From contig OZ246001.1 of assembly GCA_965230295.1 (NCBI GenBank), positions 2,912,001 to 2,976,000 on the forward strand: a stretch of 64,000 nt of DNA, written 5' to 3'. The notes under the pieces were generated by a model, which saw only the letters and a list, made by a program, of their open reading frames with translations, made no database searches and was not told the DNA's origin. Position 1 is the first letter of the stretch. Each line of letters opens with the position of its first letter. Shown here one piece after another: positions 41,440 through 51,674 of the stretch. A program made the position numbers and the translations under genes. Origin of the DNA: Marinicella sp. Lineage in GTDB: Bacteria > Pseudomonadota > Gammaproteobacteria > Xanthomonadales > Marinicellaceae.

Positions 41440-42205
41440 AGCTGTCATGATGCAAATATTGACTTTAACAGCCATGTCCTCAGTGGCCATTTCAGAGCTT
41501 GATCATCCATTGATGATTGCCCATGCGGGTGGCGGTCTGGTCACCAACAGTGGTGCATATAATTACACTAACTCGATTGAAGCCCTGAATGCTAACCATG
41601 CGGCTGGATTTCGGTATTTTGAAATTGACTTTTCTTGGACCAGTGATGGTCAAATGGTGTGCCTGCATGATTGGGACAAAACCTTTAAAAAGTTGTTTGG
41701 ATACAAGATCAAACAAGCCATCAGCTTTGCTGAATTTAAGCGGTTGATCGATGAGCACGATGAATTCCAGGTGTGTACTTTGGAAACACTGGCAAGTTGG
41801 TTACGTGACAAACCCGAGGTTAAAATCATCACCGACATCAAATACCACAACCTACAAGGCCTGCAAAACATCGCGAATCAGTTTCCAGAGCTGACCAAAC
41901 AATTCATTCCACAGATTTACCAACCTGAAGAATATGCGGTGGTCAAAGATCTGGGTTTTGATCAACTGATCTGGATTCTGTACCAATACAAAGGCTCCAA
42001 AAAGTCGGTGTTGGAACGTGCAGAAAAGATGGACCTGTTGGCTGTCAGCATGCGCGCCTCTCAAGCCAAAAACCGCACCTTGAAAAAACTGCTGAACAAG
42101 CACCGCATCTTTGTCTACACGGTGAACAAAGACCGGATCAAAAACAAACTGATTAACCAATACAGCGTCAGCGGCATCTACACCGACTTTTTGCCTTATG
42201 AGTGA
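41414..42205 (+). CDS. Glycerophosphodiester phosphodiesterase-like protein
   Basis: Motifs 'IAHAGG', 'NSIEA', 'FEIDF..TSDG..VCLHD', 'ITDIK', 'YTVN' and 'GIYTD'. The true start may be slightly downstream. Confidence 0.8.
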   Translation: MPCATMGYKAVMMQILTLTAMSSVAISELDHPLMIAHAGGGLVTNSGAYNYTNSIEALNANHAAGFRYFEIDFSWTSDGQMVCLHDWDKTFKKLFGYKIKQAISFAEFKRLIDEHDEFQVCTLETLASWLRDKPEVKIITDIKYHNLQGLQNIANQFPELTKQFIPQIYQPEEYAVVKDLGFDQLIWILYQYKGSKKSVLERAEKMDLLAVSMRASQAKNRTLKKLLNKHRIFVYTVNKDRIKNKLINQYSVSGIYTDFLPYE

Positions 42206-42247
42206 TGTTAAGAGTAAATACTTCCCAGCGGTATCATTCCGAATGCA

Positions 42248-42664
42248 GTCATCCTGCGGCTTGACCGCAGGATCCAGGTTGAAGGTGCTTTAGTGTTGTA
42301 AAAGCATTAATTAATTTGATGGTCCATGCAGCCTGGATCCCGGATCGGGGTCCGGGATGACGAAGCATTGGTTCAATCTAACTATTTCGTCATGCCGGCG
42401 TAGGTCGGTATCAAGCGTCTTCCAAATAGACCTTACAACAGTGGATATTATCATCCTCGGGCTTGACCCGGGGATCCAGGTTGGAGGCGCTTCAGTATTG
42501 AAAGGGCCTTAATTAATTTGATGGGCTATGCTGCCTGAATCCCGGATCGGGGTCCGGGCAGATGAAATTCCAAAATACATACTGCATTCACCACATCCAT
42601 GTGGTTCGATGACGAATTAAAGAATTAAATCGAACCCGTCATGCCGGCGCAGGTCGGCATCCAG
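42248..42664. repeat. Cluster of six RPE/REP-like palindromes (GTCATCC...GGATCCA type) arranged as two tandem units
   Basis: Palindromes at 42248-42276, 42334-42361 (inverted), 42389-42414, 42451-42478, 42536-42613 (interrupted) and 42638-42663. The spacer 'ttaattaatttgatgg' occurs in both units. The cluster lies between convergent genes. Confidence 0.8.
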
Positions 42665-42694
42665 TCCTTAGACGTCTACGGCAGATTGACCCCC

Positions 42695-43537
42695 TTAACC
42701 CGCCAAAACCCCGGCCTGGTAATCCTTGAATGCTTGTTGAATTTCTTCGGTGGTGTTCATCACGAAGGGGCCGCCTCTGGCGATCGGTTCATTCAGGGGT
42801 TTGCCAGATACCACAATGAAGCGTGCATCTTCAGTGGCTTCAATCAACAATTGTTCAGCCGGGGTCAGGGTGGCCAAATGACCGGCATTGAGCTCTTGTT
42901 GATCTGCCAACTTGACTTGTCCTTGGAACAGGTAAATGAAGGCATTGTGCTCAGGGTCAATGCGATCGATCAATTGACTACCAGCAACCATGGTCACATC
43001 CCAATAGTTGGGTTTGACAAACGGGTTCTCAATCACACCTTGCGTACCCAGTTGTGTACTGCCGGCAATGACTTTGATTTGAACACCATCGGCATGCTGT
43101 TCGACTGGAATGTCTTGTGCCTCATATTCCTGGTATTGCGGTACATTCATTTTTTCCGCAGCCGGTAAATTGACCCACAATTGAAACCCTGACAGCAGGC
43201 CTTCGGTTTGTTCTGGCATTTCAGAATGAATGATGCCCTTACCTGCAGTCATCCATTGTACGCCGCCATCTTCGATCACACCGTTGTTACCGACACTGTC
43301 TTGATGGCGCATTTTGCCATTGAGCATATAAGTCACGGTTTCAAAACCACGGTGAGGGTGGGGGGGAAAGCCTGCCATGTAATCATCCGGCTGATCTGAA
43401 CCAAAATGATCCAGCAACAAGAATGGATCCAAATCCTGAACCTGGTGGTTGCCGATGATGCGGGTCAATTGCACCCCGGCCCCATCTGAGGCTGGCAATC
43501 CTCTGAAAATACGGTTGATGTGGTTGTGTTTGTTCAT
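42695..43537 (-). CDS. Pirin family protein
   Basis: Motifs 'DPFLLLD', 'HPHRGFETVTY', 'WMTAGKGIIHSE', 'QLWVNLP' and 'GPFVMN'. Confidence 0.95.
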   Translation of the reverse strand: MNKHNHINRIFRGLPASDGAGVQLTRIIGNHQVQDLDPFLLLDHFGSDQPDDYMAGFPPHPHRGFETVTYMLNGKMRHQDSVGNNGVIEDGGVQWMTAGKGIIHSEMPEQTEGLLSGFQLWVNLPAAEKMNVPQYQEYEAQDIPVEQHADGVQIKVIAGSTQLGTQGVIENPFVKPNYWDVTMVAGSQLIDRIDPEHNAFIYLFQGQVKLADQQELNAGHLATLTPAEQLLIEATEDARFIVVSGKPLNEPIARGGPFVMNTTEEIQQAFKDYQAGVLAG

Positions 43538-43538
43538 G

Positions 43539-44156
43539 TTATATCACTCCTGGTTCAAGCTGGGCTTGTTGGTTCATTGTAAACCCAGCCAATGGCTGTG
43601 CAACCGTCCAATCGGCTGCTTGATTGGCTTGATTGGCGTCGACGACAGTGATGTCATCAATACCAATAAAACGCATGATTTGTTGTAAATAGGGGGTGGC
43701 AAAATCCAGATCAGAACCGATGGGTACACCACCAGAAGCCATCACCAGAATGGCTCTTTTCCCTGTCATCAAACCAACAGGTCCTTGCTCGGTGTATTTA
43801 AAAGTCAGTTGGGCCCGGGCAATTTGATCAATCCAGGCCTTAAGCACAGCAGGTACACTGAAGTTGTAGATGGGCGATGCAATCACCATCACATCGGCTT
43901 GTTCAATTTCTTCAACCAAAGCATGAGAGTCAGACAAAAATTCATTTTGAACGGGCAGTCGCTCAGCTGCCGGGGTGAAATTGGCACCAATCCAATTTTC
44001 ATTGATGAAGGGTACGCCAGGCGCTAAATCGCGTTCAGTGAGGTTGATGTCATTCATTGTGGATGACAAATGTTCAATCACTTGGGTGCTGACATTTCTG
44101 GTGACCGAATCTTGTGAACGGCCGCTTGAGTTGATGTGTAATATATGGGTGGTCAT
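43539..44156 (-). CDS. azoR: FMN-dependent NADH-azoreductase
   Basis: Motifs 'ILHINSS.R...SVTR', 'PIYNFSVPAVLKAWID', 'FKYTEQGP.GL' and 'ASGG'. Confidence 0.88.
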   Translation of the reverse strand: MTTHILHINSSGRSQDSVTRNVSTQVIEHLSSTMNDINLTERDLAPGVPFINENWIGANFTPAAERLPVQNEFLSDSHALVEEIEQADVMVIASPIYNFSVPAVLKAWIDQIARAQLTFKYTEQGPVGLMTGKRAILVMASGGVPIGSDLDFATPYLQQIMRFIGIDDITVVDANQANQAADWTVAQPLAGFTMNQQAQLEPGVI

Positions 44157-44170
44157 GATGTACTCCTGGA

Positions 44171-44563
44171 TTATTGTTTGTTGCGAAACTTGTTATCCAA
44201 CGCCCATTTCCCAGGGCCATGAGCCACCAAGAACAGAAAACCACCTGCGATGGCAACGTTCTTCATGAACATGATGGATTGGGTTTGGTCAGCAAAGTCA
44301 AGATGAAAAAATAAGGCCGATAGCAGGCTGAATCCGGCCATGAGGAAGGCCACCAATCGTGTTTTGAATCCGACGATGATGGCCACAGCGCCAATGACTT
44401 CGGTGATGATCACCAAAGGCAACAGCAAGCTGGGCACACCCATGGCATCCATATATGCTGCGGTACCGCTGTAAGTTGAGATTTTGTTCAAACCTGCCAT
44501 AAGAAAAATAACGCTGATGAATATTCGTCCCACCAAAGCACTGTATTGTTGTATGTTTTGCAT
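44171..44563 (-). CDS. DoxX family membrane protein
   Basis: 4 TM segments; 'GRIF...F...G..K' and 'FMKNVAIAGG...GPG..ALD'. Confidence 0.9.
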   Translation of the reverse strand: MQNIQQYSALVGRIFISVIFLMAGLNKISTYSGTAAYMDAMGVPSLLLPLVIITEVIGAVAIIVGFKTRLVAFLMAGFSLLSALFFHLDFADQTQSIMFMKNVAIAGGFLFLVAHGPGKWALDNKFRNKQ

Positions 44564-44641
44564 GAAATGCTCCTGTTGAAAAATTAATTGATGCCATTAT
44601 GTGGGTTTTTGATGGGTGAATAAACAGTGTTAAATAGAATA

Positions 44642-44666
44642 TATTGTTCTGTAATAATGAACAATA
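44642..44666. promoter_or_regulatory. Putative LysR recognition site (T-N11-A dyad)
   Basis: Inverted repeat tattgttc-N9-gaacaata in the divergent doxX/lysR intergenic region. Confidence 0.6.
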
Positions 44667-44718
44667 GAGCATTAAAATAACCGCATACTGTGAAATCCAC
44701 ACATCAGGAAAAAATGAC

Positions 44719-45654
44719 ATGAACCATTTTGAAGACATGCAAACCTTTGTTCGGGTGGTTGAAGCTGGCAGCATCACCAAAGCGGCAGAACAACTGAATA
44801 CAGTTAAATCAGCTGTCAGTCAACGACTCAGCCGATTGGAAACAAAACTGGGTACTCAGTTACTCTCACGTACCACTCGATCACAAACACTGACGGACGT
44901 GGGCAGCCAATATTACCAAGCTTGCCTGAGGATACTGGATGATGTGGCGGAGACAGAGGCACAGATCAAGCACCAGGACCAAGCATTGGCAGGTCGAATT
45001 AAATTGGCCATCCCCCTGTCTTTTGGTTTGAATCACTTGAGTTGTGCCTTGCGCCGGTTTAATCAATTACACCCGGAAGTCGTTTTTGAACTTGACTTCA
45101 ACGACCGTCAAGTTGATTTGATCAATGAAGGTTTTGACTTGGCCATTCGCATTGCACGGCTGCAGGATTCAAGTTTAATCGCAAGAAAAATCACCCACAC
45201 CCAAATCATCCTCAGTGCCAGCCCCAGTTATCTAGAGCAATATGGCACCCCGAATCATCCTGATGATTTGAAGCATGGCCATGTGAAACTGCAGTACAGT
45301 TCCGCCCCTGGGCGCTGGCAATTTAAAGATGCCAACAACAAAACATATTCAGTCAAAGTGCCTACTGTATTGACCTGCAACAACGGTGATTTCATGCGCG
45401 ATGCTGCGATCGATGGTTTGGGTTTGGTACTGATCCCGGATTTTGTCTGCTCCCAAGCCATTAAAGATCAACAATTGATCCCTTTGTTGTGTGATTACAG
45501 GGCCGATAACCAGCTTAATGCCTATGCGGTCTATCCGCAGAACCGGCATGTGCCTGCCCGAATTAAGGCTTTGATCGAGTTTTTGTCAGATTATTTTGGT
45601 GATACGCCTGCTTGGCAAGTGTATGAGCCAATCAATCAAATGATCGGTAAGTAA
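44719..45654 (+). CDS. LysR family transcriptional regulator
   Basis: N-terminal HTH 'FVRVVEAGSITKAAEQL...SAVSQRLSRLE..LG..LL.RTTR'. Divergent from doxX-azoR-pirin. Confidence 0.95.
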   Translation: MNHFEDMQTFVRVVEAGSITKAAEQLNTVKSAVSQRLSRLETKLGTQLLSRTTRSQTLTDVGSQYYQACLRILDDVAETEAQIKHQDQALAGRIKLAIPLSFGLNHLSCALRRFNQLHPEVVFELDFNDRQVDLINEGFDLAIRIARLQDSSLIARKITHTQIILSASPSYLEQYGTPNHPDDLKHGHVKLQYSSAPGRWQFKDANNKTYSVKVPTVLTCNNGDFMRDAAIDGLGLVLIPDFVCSQAIKDQQLIPLLCDYRADNQLNAYAVYPQNRHVPARIKALIEFLSDYFGDTPAWQVYEPINQMIGK

Positions 45655-46514
45655 ATGTCGGTGATCAAATCATGTTCTGCCATTTGTGGGAACAAGTTTC
45701 GGTAGACGAAAAAACAAGGGAAATCACGCAACTCTTCATCGCTGTTCATCAACCATTGTTGGTACAGGTAGCGGATTTTATCTCCCATTAAATCATAAGA
45801 GCCATGGTGTGTTATTTTGGCACAACGGCCCCCTGGTATTTGTTTGGTCACAATGCCATAGTCATTGGGCCTTACATCGGTCAATACTGAGCTACAAACA
45901 TCGAACCGAAATTCGTCATTAGGGGTGGTTTCAGGGTCGTTGTAAGCCAAGCCCACCGTCAGGGTCGTTTCCAGTGGTGATTCTCCGCTTTGTTTGCGCC
46001 ATTGTATGAACTGGGCAATGGTTTGGTTGATGGCTTTTGGATTGCCGTGGTGTTCCAGAACCGCCAAAAGGGTGGTTGGGAATTCACAGGTGGTTACTTC
46101 CATATGGGTTTCCTGATGAGACATGTTGATTTGATGAAGTTCACTCCAGTCATCCCAATTGGGATTGGACCTGAAGCCTGAAGGCGTTTGGTCGTAGGTT
46201 TTCTTGAATGCCCTGGAAAAAGATTCATGGTTTTCAAATCCGGCATCCAGTGCAATGTCAATGATCTTGATTTCTGGCATAAAAGCCAATTGATATGAGG
46301 CACGTTTTAATTTAAGGCGTTGAATCAGTTGTGCCATGTTCAAGCCAAAATAAGCATTGAAAACCCGGTGAAAGTGGTATTTTGAAAAACAGGCCACTGT
46401 ACTGAGGTGATCCAGGCTTAATCCCCCCTCAGTGGGCTCTGACAATTCTTTATAGATATGCCGGATGACTCGATTCATCCTGTTGGCATACTTTATTTGT
46501 TTGTTTGGGCTCAT
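45636..46514 (-). CDS. AraC family regulator with a GyrI-like effector-binding domain
   Basis: 'ACFSKYHFHRVF', 'IALDAGFENHESFSRAFK' and a C-terminal GyrI-like 'TDIYLPI'. The likely ATG is 46514. Confidence 0.9.
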   Translation of the reverse strand: MSPNKQIKYANRMNRVIRHIYKELSEPTEGGLSLDHLSTVACFSKYHFHRVFNAYFGLNMAQLIQRLKLKRASYQLAFMPEIKIIDIALDAGFENHESFSRAFKKTYDQTPSGFRSNPNWDDWSELHQINMSHQETHMEVTTCEFPTTLLAVLEHHGNPKAINQTIAQFIQWRKQSGESPLETTLTVGLAYNDPETTPNDEFRFDVCSSVLTDVRPNDYGIVTKQIPGGRCAKITHHGSYDLMGDKIRYLYQQWLMNSDEELRDFPCFFVYRNLFPQMAEHDLITDIYLPII

Positions 46515-46527
46515 TGTTGAATCGTCT

Positions 46528-47001
46528 TTACTGAATTGTGGTGCGTTGTTTCCAGGGTTTGTAATATTTTGCCATGCCAATGATGCCCAGTATATATACC
46601 CCGGTACTGGCGATAATGACCATAGATAAAAAAGGCGAATTGGGAATCCGGGTAAACACTTCAGCTGCCAATGCCATATATAAGCCGATCACAGACCAAT
46701 ACATGAATTGAAAATGCCAGAAGCGGTATTTGTTAACCGGTTTTTTTATCCACAACGGTATCATGCCACCCATCAATGTTAATGTGGCTGCCACAGACAT
46801 GTAATGAAACAAGCCAAAATGTCCATACAATCTGTATGTCAGAAAAGATGTTCCTAACATGACCACCATAGAGCAAACATAAGCATACCCCAATATACGG
46901 TGTAATCGATTGCCTTTGCGTTTTGCCAGCACACAGGTACCAAAAATCAAGGCACTGATGGCAGAAATTAAATGAATGTTACCAAAAAACTGTTGGGTCA
47001 T
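46528..47001 (-). CDS. DUF2306-like membrane protein
   Basis: 'H......G.......KG..LHR.LG..Y' pattern with 5 TM segments. The likely start is MTQQ at 47001. Confidence 0.7.
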   Translation of the reverse strand: MTQQFFGNIHLISAISALIFGTCVLAKRKGNRLHRILGYAYVCSMVVMLGTSFLTYRLYGHFGLFHYMSVAATLTLMGGMIPLWIKKPVNKYRFWHFQFMYWSVIGLYMALAAEVFTRIPNSPFLSMVIIASTGVYILGIIGMAKYYKPWKQRTTIQ

Positions 47002-47169
47002 GAGCGGACAATAAATGATTGATTGGCTCCTATTGTAAGGATTGGTTTTGGTTTTACTTGACCGCAATTGCGGTTTATCCATGCTGTCCAGTGTAGGATT
47101 TGTGAAACATTGCTCAGCGCTTATTCGGAACTTGTGGTTTAATGTGAGTCATCACAGATTTGAGGCACA

Positions 47170-48609
47170 GTGATGTTATTAAGAACAAAAAGGATCCAAT
47201 GGGTGTTGTTGGTTTTGATTATAGGCCAGTCTTTCAATGCTTGGGCACAACTCAAAGCTTTTCCGGAAGCGACAGGTTTTGCTGCTTATGTAACTGGAGG
47301 ACGAGGTGGGGATGTCCACATTGTCACCAACCTCAATGCTTCAGGTGTGGGCAGTTTGCAATGGGCTGTTTCTCAGCCAGGCCCACGCATTGTGGTGTTT
47401 GAAGTTTCCGGGTTGATTGTTGGTGACTTACACATTCCACATGGTGATTTAACCCTGGCTGGACAAACAGCTCCCGGGGCAGGGATCACTCTGGTGGGGC
47501 ACATGTACACCACTTATAACTCGGACACGGGTAACATCATCATCAGGCACATGCGGATCAGGCCACCAGATCCTGATAGTGAATGGCCTGCTAATCAGCA
47601 TGATGCCATCCAATTTTCCACCGCCAACAACATCATGCTGGATCACATTGATGCTTCACATGGTGCGGATGAGACCATAGATTTTTGGGGAGGGGCAGCT
47701 CACATCACCATCCAGTATTCGCATTTATCATTTCCAATTTATGACACTGCCAATGGTTGGACCCACAACAAGGGTGTGATCAACCACCGTCCTTGTTTGG
47801 ATGGCGGAAGCTGTCAGCCCGGCGATCGAACAGGTGGTTACATCTCCATCATTAAAAATGTGTTTACGCATTCTCGAAACCGGACACCAGCCTTGTCTGT
47901 GGGCCCAGCCGAAGTGATCAACAACATCACTTATAACGGTCGTGAAGGCTTTGTTCACCATAATATTTCGGAAGGACAGTTCAACATCATGGGTAATCAG
48001 TACATAGAAGGACCCAGTGCCAGTTTGGCACCATTTTGGTTTGATCCAGAAAACCCTTCACCACCAGTACCCACTGAATATTGGCTGCAAGACAATTTGG
48101 TGGAAGACCCGGGCAGTTACAACGGCACAGTGCAAAACCCCTGGGATGATGTGGCATTCAGCAATGCCTATTCATTTGCTTGCTGTGGCATCAATTCATC
48201 CCAATTCAATCAATCAGCGGCTTTTGATTTCACTGTTGATCCAGGTTATGCCAGCAGCCAAATGATGGATCAAAATCAGTTGGAGACCAATTTGTTGTCA
48301 AGTATTGGCGCCTACCCGCATGACATTGTGGCCAGACAATCCATTCAAGAGTTGGAACAACGCAATGGCAGTTGGCGCAATTACCGACCCGCCAATCTAA
48401 TGGATGGTCTGACGCCAACGACACCACCCTTGGATTCAGATGATGATGGCATGCCCAATGACTGGGAAAACCTACATGGCTTAGACCCTCAAAATGGCAA
48501 TGACCACACCACCATCATGCCATCTGGTTACACAGCCATTGAACAATACATCAATGAACTGGCTTCCTGGTTGATTGGCGATGTTATTTTTGCCGATGAT
48601 TTTGAGTGA
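47170..48609 (+). CDS. Pectate lyase-like (PL1-type) secreted beta-helix protein; C-terminal DVIFADDFE motif
   Basis: Motifs 'AFPEA.GF...TGGRGG.V..VTNLN.SG.GSL', 'AGQTAPG.GI', 'RNRTP' and 'DSDDDGMPNDWE'. Confidence 0.82.
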   Translation: MMLLRTKRIQWVLLVLIIGQSFNAWAQLKAFPEATGFAAYVTGGRGGDVHIVTNLNASGVGSLQWAVSQPGPRIVVFEVSGLIVGDLHIPHGDLTLAGQTAPGAGITLVGHMYTTYNSDTGNIIIRHMRIRPPDPDSEWPANQHDAIQFSTANNIMLDHIDASHGADETIDFWGGAAHITIQYSHLSFPIYDTANGWTHNKGVINHRPCLDGGSCQPGDRTGGYISIIKNVFTHSRNRTPALSVGPAEVINNITYNGREGFVHHNISEGQFNIMGNQYIEGPSASLAPFWFDPENPSPPVPTEYWLQDNLVEDPGSYNGTVQNPWDDVAFSNAYSFACCGINSSQFNQSAAFDFTVDPGYASSQMMDQNQLETNLLSSIGAYPHDIVARQSIQELEQRNGSWRNYRPANLMDGLTPTTPPLDSDDDGMPNDWENLHGLDPQNGNDHTTIMPSGYTAIEQYINELASWLIGDVIFADDFE

Positions 48610-48654
48610 AATCGTTTGTTACAGAATAGTCGTAATTTTTTCCAGGTGACATCC

Positions 48655-49575
48655 ATGAAAAAACAATTGTTGATATGGCCACTTATACTTACCTGCGGAT
48701 TATCTGGCTTCAATTCACATGCAACCAAACAAATAGCCATTTCCTTCGATGATGCACCACGATCTGACACCCATTTAAGCAGTGCGACCAGAACTGAAAA
48801 ATTGATGACGGGTTTAAAAAACAGTGGTGTTGAACATGCCATTTTTTTCATCACGACCAAGCATTTGAATGACAGCAGCCAATGGGTGTTGAAACAATAT
48901 GAACAAGCTGGGCACTACATCGCCAATCACAGCGATCAACATCTATGGCTCAATAAAACGGATGTGAGAATTTATCAACAAGATGTGCTCACAGCTCATG
49001 AACAATTGAAAGACTATGATCACTTTAAACCATTCTTTAGATACCCGTTTTTGGATGAAGGCAGGGATCATGAAAAAGTCAATGCCATGCAAACCTTCTT
49101 AACCAGGCTGGGTTATCAAAATGGTTACGTCACGGTGGATAATTATGACTGGTACCTAGATAAGCTTTATCAGGATGCCATCAAAGCCGGCAAAGCAGTT
49201 AACATGGCTCAAATGAGGCGGTTGTATGTCGATGTTTTGTATGCCGCCATCACCTTCTACGATGACACAGCCGTCAAGTACTTGGGGCATGCTCCCAAAC
49301 ATGTCTTGTTGCTGCATGAAAATGATTTGGCCGCTTATTTCATCGGTGATTTGGTGGCAAAACTCGAGTCAGAAGGCTGGGAAATCATATCACCTCTGGA
49401 AGCCTACCAAGACCCCATTGCACAACAAATTCCGAAAACTTTATTCACCGGCCAAGGCAGGGTGTCAGCCCTGGTGAGGGATACTGGCATTCTGGCCAAA
49501 GCGTTGATTCATGAAGCTGAAGATGAAGCCCATTTAGAACAAATGTTTCATGACTATCAAGTGGTTGCTGAATAG
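48655..49575 (+). CDS. Polysaccharide deacetylase family protein (CE4)
   Basis: Motifs 'ISFDDAP', 'NHSDQH', 'FRYPFL' and 'LLLHE'. A signal peptide starts at ATG 48655 (the ORF track starts at 48616). Confidence 0.88.
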   Translation: MKKQLLIWPLILTCGLSGFNSHATKQIAISFDDAPRSDTHLSSATRTEKLMTGLKNSGVEHAIFFITTKHLNDSSQWVLKQYEQAGHYIANHSDQHLWLNKTDVRIYQQDVLTAHEQLKDYDHFKPFFRYPFLDEGRDHEKVNAMQTFLTRLGYQNGYVTVDNYDWYLDKLYQDAIKAGKAVNMAQMRRLYVDVLYAAITFYDDTAVKYLGHAPKHVLLLHENDLAAYFIGDLVAKLESEGWEIISPLEAYQDPIAQQIPKTLFTGQGRVSALVRDTGILAKALIHEAEDEAHLEQMFHDYQVVAE

Positions 49576-49686
49576 GTTTTGGTCGATAATTCATCGCACT
49601 GTACAAGCCAGAATCACTGCCAAATGACCATACAGAAAGACCAGAAACTTGTGTCTGCCTAAACAAGTGGTTAAACTGATTAAAAC

Positions 49687-50319
49687 TTGACTGAAACCCA
49701 CAACATGCAACTAAACCAAACTGTTATCATCATCGCTGTCACTTGTCTGGTCTCTTATTTCGCCTGGCAGAACCGAACCTTGATGTCACGATTGATCTTC
49801 TGGTCTCCTGCCATCAAACAAGGACAGGTTGAACGTTTCATCACCCATGGCTTTATTCATGCTGATGGCATGCATTTGCTGTTCAACATGTTCACCTTTT
49901 ATTTCTTTGGTTCCATCATCGAAAGCTTTTACCGCCAATATTTGGGAGGTGCCGGTTTTGTGTTGTTTTACCTCTGTGCCATAGTGGTGGCCATGTTGCC
50001 TTCTTACATCAAGCACAAGGATGATCGCAATTACGCCAGCTTGGGAGCGTCAGGTGCCGTTTCAGCGGTGTTATTTGCCTACATTTTATTTGCGCCCTGG
50101 GAGTTTTTATACATCTTCGGAGCCATCCCCGTTCCGGCCATTGTGTTCGTGGTGGGGTATGTTTGGTACAGCATCAAAGCGCATCATGAGAACAATGACA
50201 ACATCAACCACAGCGCCCATTTATACGGTGGCTTATTTGGCGTGGTTGTCACTGCAGTGGTCGAACCCAGGATTGTCAGTCACTTTTTCAATCAATTATT
50301 CAATCCCGGTTGGTTCTGA
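49687..50319 (+). CDS. Rhomboid family intramembrane serine protease
   Basis: 'HGFIHAD.MHLLFNM', catalytic 'GASG' and 'HSAHLYG'. Confidence 0.92.
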   Translation: MTETHNMQLNQTVIIIAVTCLVSYFAWQNRTLMSRLIFWSPAIKQGQVERFITHGFIHADGMHLLFNMFTFYFFGSIIESFYRQYLGGAGFVLFYLCAIVVAMLPSYIKHKDDRNYASLGASGAVSAVLFAYILFAPWEFLYIFGAIPVPAIVFVVGYVWYSIKAHHENNDNINHSAHLYGGLFGVVVTAVVEPRIVSHFFNQLFNPGWF

Positions 50320-50365
50320 CAAGCCCAGCACATCAGAGGCATGACCCAATCCTGGATTGAGGCAA

Positions 50366-51589
50366 TCACAACAAATTAACAGCCACTCCATGGGGTAAGG
50401 CGGGCAGGGTAAAATGCTTGGCCAGGGTTTGGCCCATGTCTGCGAATGATTTTCTTGGCCCAATGTTCTGAGCTTGAATGTCTGGGCCAAAAAACAGCAC
50501 CGGTACATGTTCTCGGGTGTGGTCAGAACCAGGGAAGGTGGGGTCACAACCATGGTCAGCTGTGATCAAGGCCAAGTCACCAGGTTGCATCAATGCTTCT
50601 AATTCAGGTAAGCGCAAATCAAATTCTTCCAGCGCGTTGGCATAACCGGCCACATCTCTGCGGTGACCGAAATGGCTGTCAAAGTCGACAAAATTAACGA
50701 AAATCAGGGTGTTATCAGTTGCCTTTTTAAGCGAAGTCAACATGGCATCAAACAATGCCATGTTGTTTTCACCCTTGACCATTTGACTGATTCCACGATT
50801 GGCAAAAATATCAGCAATTTTCCCCACTGAGACCACTTCACCACCATTGGCCACCAAATGGTCCAATAAGGTTGATTGGATGGGTGGTGTAGTGAAATCT
50901 TTGCGGTTGGCCGTTCGTTGAAATGTGCTGGCGTCTTCACCGATAAATGGTCTGGCAATGACGCGGGTGATGTTGAGTTTATCAACCAGTTTCTTGGCCA
51001 CTTTTGAGATCTCTAACAATCGGTCCAAGCCAAAATGAGTTTCATGGGCGGCGATTTGAAACACGGAGTCTGCCGAGGTGTAACAAATGGGCTTGCCCGT
51101 TTGGATGTGATCTGTGCCCAATTGTTGAATGATTTCAGTTCCTGAAGCATGGCAATTACCCAAAATGCCTGGTAATTTCGCTTCCTTAACGAATTGGTCA
51201 ACCAACGATTTTGGAAAACAAGGAATTTTGTTTGGAAATGTGCCCCATTTAAATGGAACCGGAACGCCAGCCATTTCCCAGTGTCCACTGGGTGTGTCTT
51301 TGTCTTTACTTTGTTCTATGGCGTAGCCGAATGCCGCAGAAATGGTGTTGGTGTCATTGCCCGCCAGTGGTGAACCACTGCTGTCCTGTTGTGCTGCAGC
51401 CAATCCTAAGCGGGTTAAATTGGGGATTTTTAGTGAACCTGACCTGAGGCCTGCTACATCAGCATGACCTGCAGCACATTGAGCGGCGATGTGACCTAAA
51501 GTATTGGCCCCTTCATCGCCATAATTGGGTGCGTCTTCACTGGCACCTATACCCAATGAATCCATGACTAAAATGATGGCTCTGTGCAT
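50366..51589 (-). CDS. deoB: Phosphopentomutase
   Basis: Motifs 'MDSLGIG', 'KDTPSGHWE', 'YTSADSVFQIAAHE', 'GHRRD', 'TADHGCDP' and 'HTRE'. Confidence 0.97.
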   Translation of the reverse strand: MHRAIILVMDSLGIGASEDAPNYGDEGANTLGHIAAQCAAGHADVAGLRSGSLKIPNLTRLGLAAAQQDSSGSPLAGNDTNTISAAFGYAIEQSKDKDTPSGHWEMAGVPVPFKWGTFPNKIPCFPKSLVDQFVKEAKLPGILGNCHASGTEIIQQLGTDHIQTGKPICYTSADSVFQIAAHETHFGLDRLLEISKVAKKLVDKLNITRVIARPFIGEDASTFQRTANRKDFTTPPIQSTLLDHLVANGGEVVSVGKIADIFANRGISQMVKGENNMALFDAMLTSLKKATDNTLIFVNFVDFDSHFGHRRDVAGYANALEEFDLRLPELEALMQPGDLALITADHGCDPTFPGSDHTREHVPVLFFGPDIQAQNIGPRKSFADMGQTLAKHFTLPALPHGVAVNLL

Positions 51590-51674
51590 AAATAATTGTG
51601 ATATAACTCAATGATAACCTATCATATTCTATCAGTGTACAGGGGTAATTAGAAAGTGAGGTCACATTAAACCG

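Noticed and set aside
42641-43168. 175-aa + strand ORF
   Set aside because: It is antisense to the pirin gene and starts inside a REP-like palindrome.
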